Position numbers and translations under genes: made by a program
In this document: positions 26,174-38,700 of the stretch, in pieces
Position numbering within the stretch: position 1 is the first letter of the stretch
Layout: each line of letters starts with the position of its first letter
The notes under the pieces: model-generated
Told to the model about the DNA's origin: nothing
The model's database searches: none
The model's input: only the letters and a program-made list of their open reading frames with translations
Assembly: GCA_045837725.1 (NCBI GenBank)
Contig: JBEWZL010000282.1
Coordinates: 124,001 to 188,000 of the forward strand
DNA: 64,000 bases
Origin: Vermamoeba vermiformis
Taxonomy: Eukaryota
Reading direction: 5' to 3'

Positions 26174-28451
26174 TTATTTGTTTCTCTTATTGCGCTTCTC
26201 CTTTAATCGTTCCATCGCGCGAGAAGTTTCAGATGAGTACACATCCTCCAACTTGACCTTATTATTAAGAGTAGTGAACATATGAAGCAGTCTGTTCTTC
26301 TCAAGCTCGTTCATGCCCTCGTATTGGCCAGGAGTGTAGTTCATAGTCGACAACAAGCTCTTAGTCATTCGGACCAGATCTTCGTTGACCATATCGTATT
26401 CACTTTGAGTAACAGGCTTGCTATAAAATTCATATTCATATTAATATACTGCCTATTATATATTAATCTAACTTAGGACTAACCTGCTGTTTCTGACAAA
26501 TTCTCTGACTTCACCACTACCGTTGAGAAGCTCCAATTCAGTGCTAGATTTCTATTAAATATATATCGTTAGATTATAGTGCTAACATATTATACGAGTA
26601 TTATTTATGCGAGTATTATTTAAGTACCTCTAAGGGACCCAATGGACTGTTGTTCATGACCTCACGGACGCGTTGACGGTTCTCTTTCACGTAGTCGGGA
26701 ATTTCGGGGTTAGGACCATTAGTGCTGTAAGCCACGGTGCCGTCGTCTTCGTCTTCACCTTCGAGGTAGTCCAATTGCTTAGGATCGCTTTGCAAATAAA
26801 TCAAAATTAGCGATCTGATCTGCGGATCTCACGCAAAAAAATTCCTTTCCAAACCAAAGAATATAACATCAGGCATATCACATGCAATGTAGGTGCCGAG
26901 TATAATAATGCTAATACTGAAAGATTGATGTCACTGCTTTGCTTACCTAGTGTCACCGTACAAAAGTGCGGCGTCAAACATGTGTCGTTCTTTGGGGTGA
27001 TCTTGAATAAACTCCATAATCTATTTAACATTCAAAAACACCATTAGCTACCATATTAATATGATTAGTATTATAGCTAAAAGGTACCTCGGTGTGGTCC
27101 ATTTCTTCGAGTTCTTGCGTGGTGATCTTGGACGTGTCACCGACACGGAACTTCAATGAAATAATCTTTTCCAAACGCTCCCTAATTAACGTCAATAAGG
27201 TAAGTATCATATAAGCATCATTAAACCGCCAAGCTTATTCCCAAGCTTGCAGATCTAATCTGAAGTGTCACGTGTGGTACGTACTTTCGAATACGTTTTT
27301 GCTTGTCCTTGGCGAGTCTGACGGCTCTGTCATATTCCTCGTTCAATTCCGCGCGCTTTTCGTCCAAATTCTCTGGAGGAGTGTTGAACAAAAGCATAGC
27401 CTGTTACACACCAGTGTATTAGATCTCGTGAATTCACCATATTGGATATAGGCACTGTCGCCCTCTATAACATTTACAACTCGTTCATAATATTATTGAT
27501 GGTAGTATTGAGCAACGAGTGCAAAAAGTGAGCGGATCTCGGTTGGCGCGAGCGAGATCGAAAACTTACTTGTTGTTTGGAGACTTCACGTTCTGTTTGC
27601 AAAGCAGCTTCTTCGGCTTCTTTTTCTTGTGCGCAGACTGCAAATGCTTCTTCTTCGCTCAAGCCCTTCTTGACGAGCTCGGATTGTTTTGAAATGAAAA
27701 TTTCAACGGGATGTTGGTAGTAACGCATTTCATCTGTGTCCAATTGTGTTATTATATTATCGAATAATTTAGTGATTATTTTTGAACAATTCTATGGCTA
27801 TTAGCGAAACCTAATGGCCAGATCCAGATTTCAAAATAAAATAATCAATAATTTTTTGCTTGCGTCTGTTACGCCAATTTTCTCGTGCATTGTCGTCAAA
27901 ATATTGTATTAATATTATTAAGTTAATTGATCGAGACACGTCTAGTATCCGTCAAATCTACATCCACTTACTTCTGTTAATAAATCTGAATGCCTTGTCT
28001 TCCTTTTCATGTGGATATTTTTCAAAATACATCTTTCTATATCTATCCTCAGGATAAACTAATACATTCTTGAGTGCTTTTTTGTTAATATATGGATGCG
28101 AGGGCATAGTCGTTTCTTCGACTGCATCCCAGAACTTGGGTCTCTTGGTAAATCCTAATTATTACATATCGTTAATAACACGTCGGTACATAATTAAGAC
28201 GGCATTATAACGCCGCTATGATTTTATTAAAATATTTACCAGATTTGTATCTATACCAAAAGTCCAAGTAGGCAAAGCTGCGTCTCCAAAAGTTTCTGAA
28301 TAATATATTAATATTTTTTTCTTGCAATATTATACGTAGCGATCAATTGTAAATGATATATATCAGGCGTGTCTGGATGCAACGATCAACTCATTATCTT
28401 TTAGTAGTCTCCTTCAATAGCACTATTAGCCATATATACTTACCGTTGCAT
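26174..28451 (-). CDS. Mitochondrial small-subunit ribosomal protein mS23 (Rsm25)-like with C-terminal extension
   Basis: RPKFWDAVEET.MP...VLVYPEDRYRKMYFEKYPHE and FISKQSELVKKGLSEEEAF...EREVSKQQ resemble mS23/Rsm25 motifs. Multi-exon minus-strand model. Confidence 0.6.
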
Positions 28452-28543
28452 TGTTGGAGCGCGTGTTATAAATAAATGGATAATTGTTCGCGAACGACCA
28501 GACAAAATTTCGTTCAGATCAGGCACGTGATGCTTTTTTTATA

Positions 28544-31500
28544 TTAGATCGGTACTACGCGTTGCGTAATTTCGGGATTCTGGTACCAATCATTGGTAAA
28601 CATTACAGCAAACAAGACATTATAGAATTGAGGATCGTAGTTGCAAGCGCGAGTGCAGTCAGGTCCAAAGTTGATCTCCAGTACTTTTGCATTCATTTCT
28701 GAATCGACCATAACATCGACGCCATACATGCCACTACATTGACTTACATCGAATTTAGACTGAGACCTATACCATATTATATTATTAGCTTATGTAACAG
28801 AAAAAAAAAGATCAGTTTTGGATCGGGTACTTTTTGATCTTGGGCACGGCAGCCAAAACACTGTTATATATCGCCTTATTAATTTTCGTTTGTACGGTGG
28901 CCCATGGGGTATTAGGGTACTGTTCTTCGAATGATTTGATGAAGTCGGTGTAGAGTAACTGAGTCATTTGATAGCGCGAGTAGTTCATGACCTATAGTAG
29001 TTAGTACCCAGATCTGCTATATAAATATAATATGAACTTACAGTAAAGTGCTTCTCGTAGTTATCAAACTCGTCGAGTGAGTATTCGACATTAGCCAAGC
29101 GGATCCAGAACATTTTGAACAAGTAGACTTCGAGAGGCTCAAGCTTAACCAAAAATATTTTCGTTAGTACTATTAAGGCAATTATATCGCTTATTACTTA
29201 CAGATCTAACCATTACGATGTATCTTAAGTCGAATTTTCGTTTGTTGTACAAAGTAGGGTTAATGTAAATTGAAGCCAATTTCGGACCGCTCTCCGCAAG
29301 ACGAATAATTTCCATTAAATTTCGAGAGACCGTAATTTCAATGCCTCGAGCCAAGTTCCATGGCTTAACGATCCAAACGTTGTTTTTCTGACCGACAACG
29401 TCTTCGCGATCCAAAAAGTGACCAGTGAACTGAGGCAAGAGTTTGTCGAGGTCGTAGCTCGGAGAAATCCACTCGTGGCACAAATCTCCGAAGTAGTCTT
29501 CGAGGGTCTCAACGAGTAAGTGTTTGTAAGTAATAGCGTTCTCATTGGGGAATTGATTCAACATCAACGGTGCGTCGGATCTGGATGCGATCAGTACGTT
29601 TCGGCAAGAATGAGAGTTCTACTTACTGTTTTCCTAAAGCGTGCTTCAAATGGTCCATATTTCCAATATCTTTAGTTTGGTACCACAAAATGTCCGCTTC
29701 ACTAGGGTCGTGTACGATCTAAAATTCGATCAGCTTCTTGATCAACCCAGAAACGAAATAAAATACTCACCTCAAACTTATCATACTTCAAGAAGTTGTT
29801 GACAAGATCTGTATCAGCGAATACTTTCAATTTTCTGCCTAATTCAGGCTTCTTAGATTCAGAATGCATCTTCAGCTCTCTGGTCAAGTCGAGCGACTTT
29901 TTGACTATAAGAGAGCATTAGATGAGACCGTTATTGCTATGAAAATGTTACCTTTCTCGGCTTTAGCCATGAGAGAAGTCTTATGGGCTTGGAAAGCATT
30001 AATCAACTTAGATTTCACCGCGTCAGTGTCAACCTCGACACCACGTTGCGCGAAGTGTTCTGAGAGCACATAAAGCTTGGCTTCTCTTTCAAGTTCAGTG
30101 GTCGTTCCATGCACGTAGTCTCGTGTAATGAGATCGCCTTCCTCGATAGCTGTTTCGGGCCAGATCAACGAATAGGCAGTTTGGTTGTCCAAGTACAAGA
30201 AGTTGGTGCAGCGCATGTTCGGCTCATCGCTGTGATTGATACGCGAACCCAATTCATCCATAACATCTGCATTAGTGTTAGTAAGCGTATTGAAGTGAGT
30301 TCTTATTGTACGTACACCAAACCAAGATTTCACCGCCGTTCGGATCCGTGACACGATAGCTCTTGGAGCTGTACCACATAGTCTCAACCACTTTTTCAAT
30401 GCGGGCCTTCTGGTCCTCGCTTTCAGGGACAATGTCCAAGATATCTTCCATGCGTTGCAACAACTGAGGATGCGCGGCTAATTGTTCCTTGGCCTGTTTA
30501 GGTGTCGTGGTCCACGCGTGATCAATCAAAAAGATGTCTTCTTGTGGCTGCAGAGATCTTGTGGCAACAAGGAAGAGCTTAGGATGGGCACCTAGATGAA
30601 CGAGTTAGCAAGGTTAATGTTATTAAGAAGAGCTTACTGTCCGCATCATCTTCGCCCATCGCGAATTGGAATGCAGATCCGGCGTCGAATATTTCTTGAC
30701 GCAATTTGTTAAACAGGGGCTATAATACGATTAGACTAATGCAATTAAAGATGGTCCAATGGTACGTACTCTCCACAAGGCCTGAGGAATGTTGTAAAAG
30801 TCCAATTGAGATTTGTGATTTGCGACAAACACGGTGAATGCCACTGCTTCAGCAGGAATGTCCTGGCATCACAAAGATAAGTATACTAGTAACATATATC
30901 AATAGTGACTTACCAAGCCACGAGCCAAGTAATCAGTGGGCAACGGATTGACAAAAAGTTTGTCGAGAAGCACGGTGACTTCATTCGTCGCGGCAATCAA
31001 ATCTTGTTCCAGTTCGGGATGCGGCGGCATTGCACCAAACCAGTCACGTGACGCGGCGACTTTATCGACCTCAGTGCCGTCAGGAGTTCCATAAATGGAA
31101 GTGAAAAATTGACGGGCAGATTCATCGGTCTTTTTCATAGGCAAAGTGCCGGTCAAATAGGACATCAATTCTTCGCCGTTCTTGAACAAATTCAATAATT
31201 GCAAGTATTTTTCGTCCTTTTCAACGTTGTACGTGTCATGGTACTGCATCGCGTTGACTTGATGAAAAGCCAAAACGGATTTGTTAGCAAAGTACAAAGA
31301 CTCAAATGGCACTGACGAGTCCAAATCGGTCAAAATCTAAAAATAGATCTCGTTAGTTTTCCTTTTTAGGAAATGATGCAAATGGTTTTGACTTACGACA
31401 TCGAATTGTTCCAAAAAAGGCAAAATATTGAACTCTTCTTCAGGCACCAATTCAAAAACGCTCTTTAAAATTTCAGCGTGCTGGTGCTCTTCTTTAGTGA

Positions 31501-32625
31501 CGTCATGCAACGGATGAACTCGGCCGTGCTTTTCAGTGAAAAAGCAGTGCGCGTGGAGTTTGAGCAAAAATCGGTATCTCTTCGGATCATTGAACGGAGC
31601 ACGTGACTTGAGCTCAATTAATTGGTTGATAATCTCCGCGTTGTTAAGAAAGCTCTTTTCTTGAACTGACGGGCAGATCAACACTGTTGTTAATTGCGGA
31701 TCTTTAGCCTCGCTGAGGTACTTCCTAAAAAATTCCTATAAGCCACCCAAAATTACTAATAATAGTAATATTCTTACTTCTTAACGTATTCGCCGTTAAA
31801 GGGCAAGCTGTTCTTAATGTAGCGCGAAAAGAACAACGGGAATCGATGTTCTGAAACGGAGCAGCTGTCACATCCGTACATGCAATGGCCAACAGTAAAT
31901 ACATCCTTAACTATAATGCCATGAGTATAAAGTTTTATATAAAGCATTGTTATAGTTACCTTTGTAAGGGAACACTTCTTGAACGGCACCTGATCAGCGG
32001 ATCGCGAGTCAAAGGCAATAAAATTAAATAGAGAAAATTGCAAACTAATAATAATAGTAAAAAGGATACGGAAAAACTTCCATTGAGCCAAGCCAAAGCT
32101 ATAAGTTTTCGAGGACGTCAACAAAATAATTATCTTGGTGCCATCTGGTTCAGCCCAAACTTCCTTCATAATATTTAATTCGTTCATTACTTGCACATCG
32201 ACGGGCTTATTGACTTTTAATTTGCTGAAGTAGTCAGCCATCTTTTCGCCGTCGGTGTTCCATGGATAAACGAACTGACCCAATAAAATTTTTCAGTAAA
32301 ATCCAGATCGCATTTTAAATAGGTTATTTATGCGTAAACGATGTAATAAAATGCATATGAATTTAATAAATTATTACGTACCACTTTGGTTCGGATATTT
32401 TCAATAAAAGGTGAAATGGATTCGACCTAGGGTTAGACACATGTTAGCTCCATTCGCATAGTAACATAATGATATAAAAATTAAAATTAGTGCTAAGCAC
32501 TAATAACGATTGAAAGCACGCAAAACGAGTTCGATCGAGATCTAGATCCCGCACGTCGTTTTTACCTGGCTGTAGTTCGCGTGCACAGGAACGTAGCACA
32601 CAAAGTCCTTATATTTATCCTCCAT
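28544..32625 (-). CDS. TTLL12: TTLL12-like protein (SET-like plus TTL domains) with an N-terminal TagF/TagB-like GT-B domain, apparently fused
   Basis: TTLL12 motifs: LFNKLRQEIFDAG, IFLIDHAWT, MDELGSRINHSDEPN, WIVKPWNLARG, KFDLRYIV, YGVDVM, LEINFGPDCTRAC. The upstream exons (30914-32625) join in frame through a phase-0 intron at 30863-30913. Confidence 0.85.
31990..32069 (-). other. Candidate U12-type (minor spliceosome) intron
   Basis: Minus-strand donor GTATCCTTTT matches the U12 consensus RTATCCTTT. Branch-like TTGCCTTTGAC lies about 20 nt before the CAG, with no polypyrimidine tract. Confidence 0.6.
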
Positions 32626-32827
32626 ATCTGAATCACTGACTATTAAGGTCTATGTCTCGCGTGCGGACTTCAGCATAAAAACTAAAATGAGAAAAGCCCC
32701 AGAATTCACCGAGAAAAAATTACAGCCCAACAAATTTTATTCAGAACCTTACCAGCTCATTGATAACACCACGCGCGAGTTCCTTCGCTGGACCCCCGAA
32801 CCACCAATTACCCAATAACCCTCTGTA
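32626..32827. promoter_or_regulatory. Putative short bidirectional promoter between divergent genes
   Basis: About 200 bp separate the divergent starts at 32625 (-) and 32828 (+). Similar short head-to-head gaps occur at 2678-3083, 12509-12783 and 18956-19223. Inferred from gene geometry only. Confidence 0.45.
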
Positions 32828-35519
32828 ATGTATGTCGTGACTAAAGATCTTCGTTCAAAATTAATTTGTGGTGATTAAATTCAATTAATTTTATTGAAAT
32901 AATTTGATTAATCAGTAATACGGGTAATTTACTTTGCATCGGCGTTAATTTTTAATAATTATTTTGTATTTTTTATTAATTTCTTAATTTTCAGGGATAG
33001 CAATACCCCAACCCAAACCAGTACTGCCCCGATTTCCCGCCCAAAAAGACCTCAAGCGAAACGTCAATACGTTCCAAAGACCAACAACAATAATACCAAC
33101 CCAGATCGGCCAAATAATTTTCAACGAAAGACACCCAATTCAACGGGCCCCCGTTCTGAAAATACCGATCAGACAAATGTTCAACCCAAGCCAGCTCAAC
33201 CTAAGCAACACCGCCCACCTGTAAATAAGCCCAAACAACCAAACAACAATATTCCTGAGCAACCCAAGTCGTTCCGAGTGACCATCTCAGATCTGGATCT
33301 TGGCGTGACCAGAGAACAGCTCCAAGAAACGTTCGAGACAGCTTTGAAGCTTAAAGCGTGAGTACTTATAGCCTGCAAATATAATAAGCTTAAATTTTAA
33401 TTTTGCAAATTGAAATAGGACTCGTGCTCACGTTATAAATCAAGGCCAAAAATCGACTGGCAAAGCTTGGATCGAGTTTGCAAACAAAGATGACGCATTT
33501 AGAGCTAGCCGTATGATGAATGGGTATATGATTAATGGCAAGCCTATCACTACCACCCTTATCAAGCAATCGAACATTCAAAAGCAGATCAAGCGTGAAA
33601 AACAACGTGTCGTACAAAAAGTTGTTCCGCACCAAGCTGAACTTGACCAAATTAAGGCAAAATATCCGCAAGACTTTGAACTTGTCAATGACGAGGTACC
33701 CGTGTCATTCAAAGTTTCCGTTAAGCCCCGTGATCCAGAGACTTTCCCGTACGACCTCGAGAAGTTGTTATTGAAAGTGACCTTGCCCGAGTCATATCCT
33801 ATTCAACATATGGAGGTTGATGTATTGAATGCCGATGATGAAGTTCCTCTGGGAATCAAGAGGTAAGGCCAGATCCAATTTTTACGAACAATTCGTTTTC
33901 GATTGTACGAGTATTAACATCTTTTTCCTTTTTAGGAATATTTCTTCACAAGCTGAAAAGCGAGCCCAAACGGCTTACGGAGGCAAGCCACAACTTTTGG
34001 GCGTCTTAAATTGGATCAGTATCAATATGGAAAAATTGATGGTAGATCCAAAAGCAGCCCAAAAATTCGTGCAACAACAGCATTACGTACAGCCACAACA
34101 ACCTAAAGTCGGCATCGAAATCGTGTACAATTTTATCGGTGATCCTAATGCCAAGAAAGAACACGAAGCCAAGATCCAAACAAAACCTGTCGAGCCTGAA
34201 GTCGACACTACAACCTCCACTTTGACCAATAATAACAACACTAGTAATCATACTAGCAGTGTTGAACATAGCGAGGGTGATAGTGACTCTGAGGAAGACT
34301 ACTCGGATAGCGATGATGACGCTCACTTTGACGGCCATGAACACAACGACGACGGTCTTGTCAACGTCTCGAAAGAAAAAGGACAGCAGTACCCGACGAC
34401 TACAGCGCATAAGTACGTATAAAGCGAGTATAGCACGTTATATAATATTGTACTAATGTACCGAACAGAGGCACGCAAGTTAAGCTCTTGAACTTCGAAA
34501 TGAAGAACGTAGCGATTGTCAAGTGCTATCAAATGCGATTAGTAGTCAGTTGTTCTCGTTGTCGTACGCGTGCTGAACTCGATTTGAACGCGCACCAAGC
34601 TCACAACGCCGTCTGTGGCCAATGCCACGCTGGCATGTCTGTGACACTCAGATCTGAACCAATGCACATGGCCTCGAGTATCTTAGGCTACTTAGACCTC
34701 GATGGTTGTGAAGTATTTGACGGCTTGCCTGCCAGTTACACAGTCTCGTGTTTTGAGTGCACGACCGAGACCCAGTTCAAGAACGTGCCCGTCGGTCGAG
34801 TCATTCAAGAAAAGTCCTGCCTGCAGTGCCACACTAAGCTCTCGTTGGCCTTCGAAAGGTACGCTATTAATATAAAGGATCGATATTATTACAAGTCAGA
34901 TTTATGCATCGAAAGTCATGGGCTAACAATTTTTTCACAGTTATCAATTCACCAAGATCCGTGCAGCCCCGACAGCCAAATTGAGTGCGCAAGCAATTGC
35001 GGAGCGTAAAGCTAAGAAAACTAAGCGTGCTAGTGAAGGTATTGTTCGAGGCAAGCCTTTGCCTGAAAATGGTGCTTGCAAACATTACAAGAAATCCATG
35101 CGATGGCTACGATTCCCTTGCTGCGGTCGAGGTATGTTGACTAAATCAATAAATTTCATAAAAATAATAATGGAATTCTAACGCTTAATCGATTAAATAG
35201 CGTTCCCTTGCGATCAATGTCATGACGAGCAAACTGACCACAAATGTGATTGGGCCAAGCGAATGATTTGCGGTAAGTACCTTGAATCTTTTTTGTAACG
35301 TCGGGTACTAATGTAAATATAGGCTATTGTTCGGCTGAACAACCGTACTCGAAGGATAAGCCTTGCTCAAGTTGCGGATCTGATCTGACAGGCACCGGCA
35401 AGAAATCTCGATTCTGGGAAGGAGGTAAAGGTTGCCGCGACACATCGTTATTGTCTAAGAACGATTCACGAAAATATAAGAATCCTCAACGCAAGAGCAC
35501 GAACAAAGCAAAGAAATAG
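32828..35519 (+). CDS. RRM, RWD-like and multi-Cys/CHY zinc-finger protein
   Basis: RRM (VTISDLDLGVTREQL...GKAWIEFANKDDA...MNGYMINGKPI). RWD-like region (AELDQIKAKYP...FPYDL...VTLPESYP). CxxC pairs. CHY finger CKHYKKSMRWLRFPCCGRAFPCDQCHD...MICGYC, ending FWEGGKGCRD...KK. Confidence 0.85.
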
Positions 35520-35750
35520 CCAGATGCAGATCTAATAAATTTGCCAGCTTAGCCACACATCACTCCTATAATTTTATTAATATCCATGGTGTCGACCAAG
35601 CATTTCCACCCCCTCCCATAGTGACCGAGCCGCCGGGCGAGCTTGATCTGGTACTTCGAATTAGATGCATAGAAACTCTAAAGGTACTTTATAAACTATT
35701 TCTATTGTACATGTTAAATATTCATGGTGGTATTATGCCTTGGCGGTTGC

Positions 35751-38700
35751 TTAGCCCTTGGAAGCTTCGAGGTTCTTTTCCTTTCCTTTCTTGGGAGGTT
35801 CACCATACTTGGCAATAATATCGTTCAACAAGCTGGTCATCGCTTGAGCTCGTTCTTCGTCAGGCAAGCTTTGAAGTGCTGTTCGAATCTTCGACTCATT
35901 TCTCACAATGTGCGTGTGCATCATTGCCAAACTGTTCAATCTCACATTCTCTGGTACTGCCAATTCGAGTTTCATCTTTTGATTGAACGGTGTTGCTGGA
36001 TCGAGAAGAGTGGCATACAATTGTCGCATCTTGGGGATGTTGCGCTGCATGAAGTCTTCAAAGTTTGTCATGAACTGTTCTTTGGCTCCAAGTGTTGTCA
36101 TGTTGGCAAGATTCTGAAGCACTTTGCCAATCAGAACAAGTTGACGTTGTGCCACTGTATTCGGTGGAGAAGGAAGCAGACCGTAATAGTGAGGAGCAGT
36201 CAACGCAGGAGTGATGAATCGAAGGAAAAGTAAACCACTGACGGCCTTCATGACAGCGTCATCAGAGCCGTACTTGTCCATGATCGAGTACGAGATGCGT
36301 TGGAAGATCTGTCTGAACTCCATTGGCACTTTGTCACTGCCTGTTTTGATGACACTGAAGATCTTTTGACATGCTGCTGCAAGTTGGAACACGTTCTGAT
36401 CGATATCAATGTTCGCGTCCTTGATTTTGGTGGGGTCAACTTCCATTTCAAAGTTGAGGAGTGATGCTTTCTTGTCATCGTCATCGTTCAGCTTTTCAGC
36501 TTCTTCGGTTGCCTTTTGTGCCATAGTATTGAGTTCGTTGATGACAAGAGCAAGAGTGAAGTACAAGTACTTTGTGCCAACTACCAATGTGTCAGAGATG
36601 CGTTAAAGTATGCCACTCGCAAAGAACTTACCGAGCTTTGAGTAGAACTTGAACATCTTGCTGCTCACTGAGTTCATTCTGAACAGAGTGTTCTCGGTCA
36701 AAGACGACATGACCTCTTGAGTGGCGAAGAACTGGATCAGTTCAGCAGCACTTCCACGTGAGTGAGCCAAGTACACGCATGCCTTTGCGACTGGATCGGT
36801 CTCAGTTGGTGCTGTGATTGCAAAAATCGTGCTCAAGAAGGTCTTGTCTCTGTTCAACAAGATCTCTTCGAGCTCCCTGAAGTAAAGATTGTTAGCGACT
36901 GACACGTGTCGAATGTCACCTGTCACAAATACGTACTTGTAGCTGTCACGGACATCAATCTTGTAAAGCAGTGAGAGGTCTCCTTGATATGCCACTTGTT
37001 CATAGTCTGGTTCGCGGACTTGAACCAACAAGCCTTGCTTTCTCTTGCGTTGCCAACGAGTGAACAACACTGCAAAAACGATGGCACCAGCAAGCACAAC
37101 AGCACCAACAATTGATCCTGCAATCACTCCAGGAAGACTGAACGCGCCTGAGCAGCTGTCTTGAGTGAACTGTCCTGCACACTGGGAAGCAACTGAACAC
37201 GATTGCACTGCGTTCGCATCGCACCAGCCACATCCTTTCTTGGCCAAACACACGTCGCAAGTTTTGACTGACGCACAATCTACACTCTGTTAGTTCTATT
37301 GACGCACGCAGAGTAGATAAAGATACTTACCGACAAAGGTGAATGTCTGCGGAGTTGTCAAAGGAGTGTCGGAGAAGTCAACAGTGAAGTCGAGTTGTCC
37401 TTCAACTGCAATTTTTGGAAGTTCACATTGAAGTGATGTGAAGTCATCTGAAGGTTGTGCGAGCACTGGTGACACTCCTTCGAATGAGCAGTAGAATGCA
37501 TTGCTCGTAGTCGCGAGCCAAGACATCATCGCACGCTTCGTGATTGTAGGATCAGTCTCGTTGGTGGTGCCCTTGAACAACGAAAGCAGTTGCTCGTTCG
37601 AGGTCAATGGAGGGTCCACGCTAATAGTTATGTTCTCTATGAGTCCAAGTTGGAATGACGTTTCGTTGGACGAGGCAGCTATTGACATTAGTTGACTTGT
37701 CTTATCATTATTTTAAGCAAAGACGTACCGAAGCATTGGTCGAGGAAAATGTCTGCAGTACCCTCACATTGAGATTGCGGGCGCTAAGTACAGAGTGAGG
37801 TTAGTAAAACTCAAGGATAGTGCCTTGAGACACGTACGCAAGATGACTTTGTTGCACACCAACCACAGAATCGTTGTTGCAAGCATTGATCTGAGCACGA
37901 TCTGTCACTCAGTGTCAAGCAGTCTGTTGAATAAACGCATTGATTAGATCATGTAAGCAAGTAGCAGTGTGAGCATACCGTAGAATAAGAAGTTGAGTGA
38001 GTCCCAAGGAATATACGGTTGTGCTCCAACGTTGACACTCAGAGACACGTTGCCGATGAGGTTTCCGCGGAGAGGTGTCGTGCATGTAAGCGATTGACCG
38101 TCGGCAGAAGGCAGACCGGGGCCAGCAACACTAGCGAAGATGCAAGAGTAGATAAGATCCTCGCCGGAGTCACCCTTTGAGGGGAACGGGCCACCGCGAA
38201 TAAGAACAGTTTCACCTCCACCAATGTAGCCGTGATCGGGAACAACTGCACTGAACGCTGAAAGAAAGGTCAAAGGTTAACACAACATAACGAAGTACGC
38301 GCGAATGACACCATCCTTACAAGGACATGTCTGCAGCTCCGATTGGCATGAGTAGCCACACGAGCCAGTTGCACACCATTTGCACATTGGTCGAGACACT
38401 GACAAGCACTCGAGACAGTTGCCTTTCACTTGTGTGCAATCTGATAAAAGAGTCTGTTAGCACCTGACTTCAACTACATCAGTTCTGATTGCCACGTACC
38501 GTAGAACTCGAATGGAAGTGAGTCAGTGTACTTATTGCCATTCACTGCAATGTACACAAAGGTGTCGTTGGTACCCGATTGGTAGCCAGAAGGAGTGACG
38601 CAAGTGATACCAGTGTCGGTAACGTTGGCAGCACTCACGAGAGTTGTTGTGTTCTGAACAAATGCGCACGCGACACTGCTTACTGACGAAGATTGATTGA

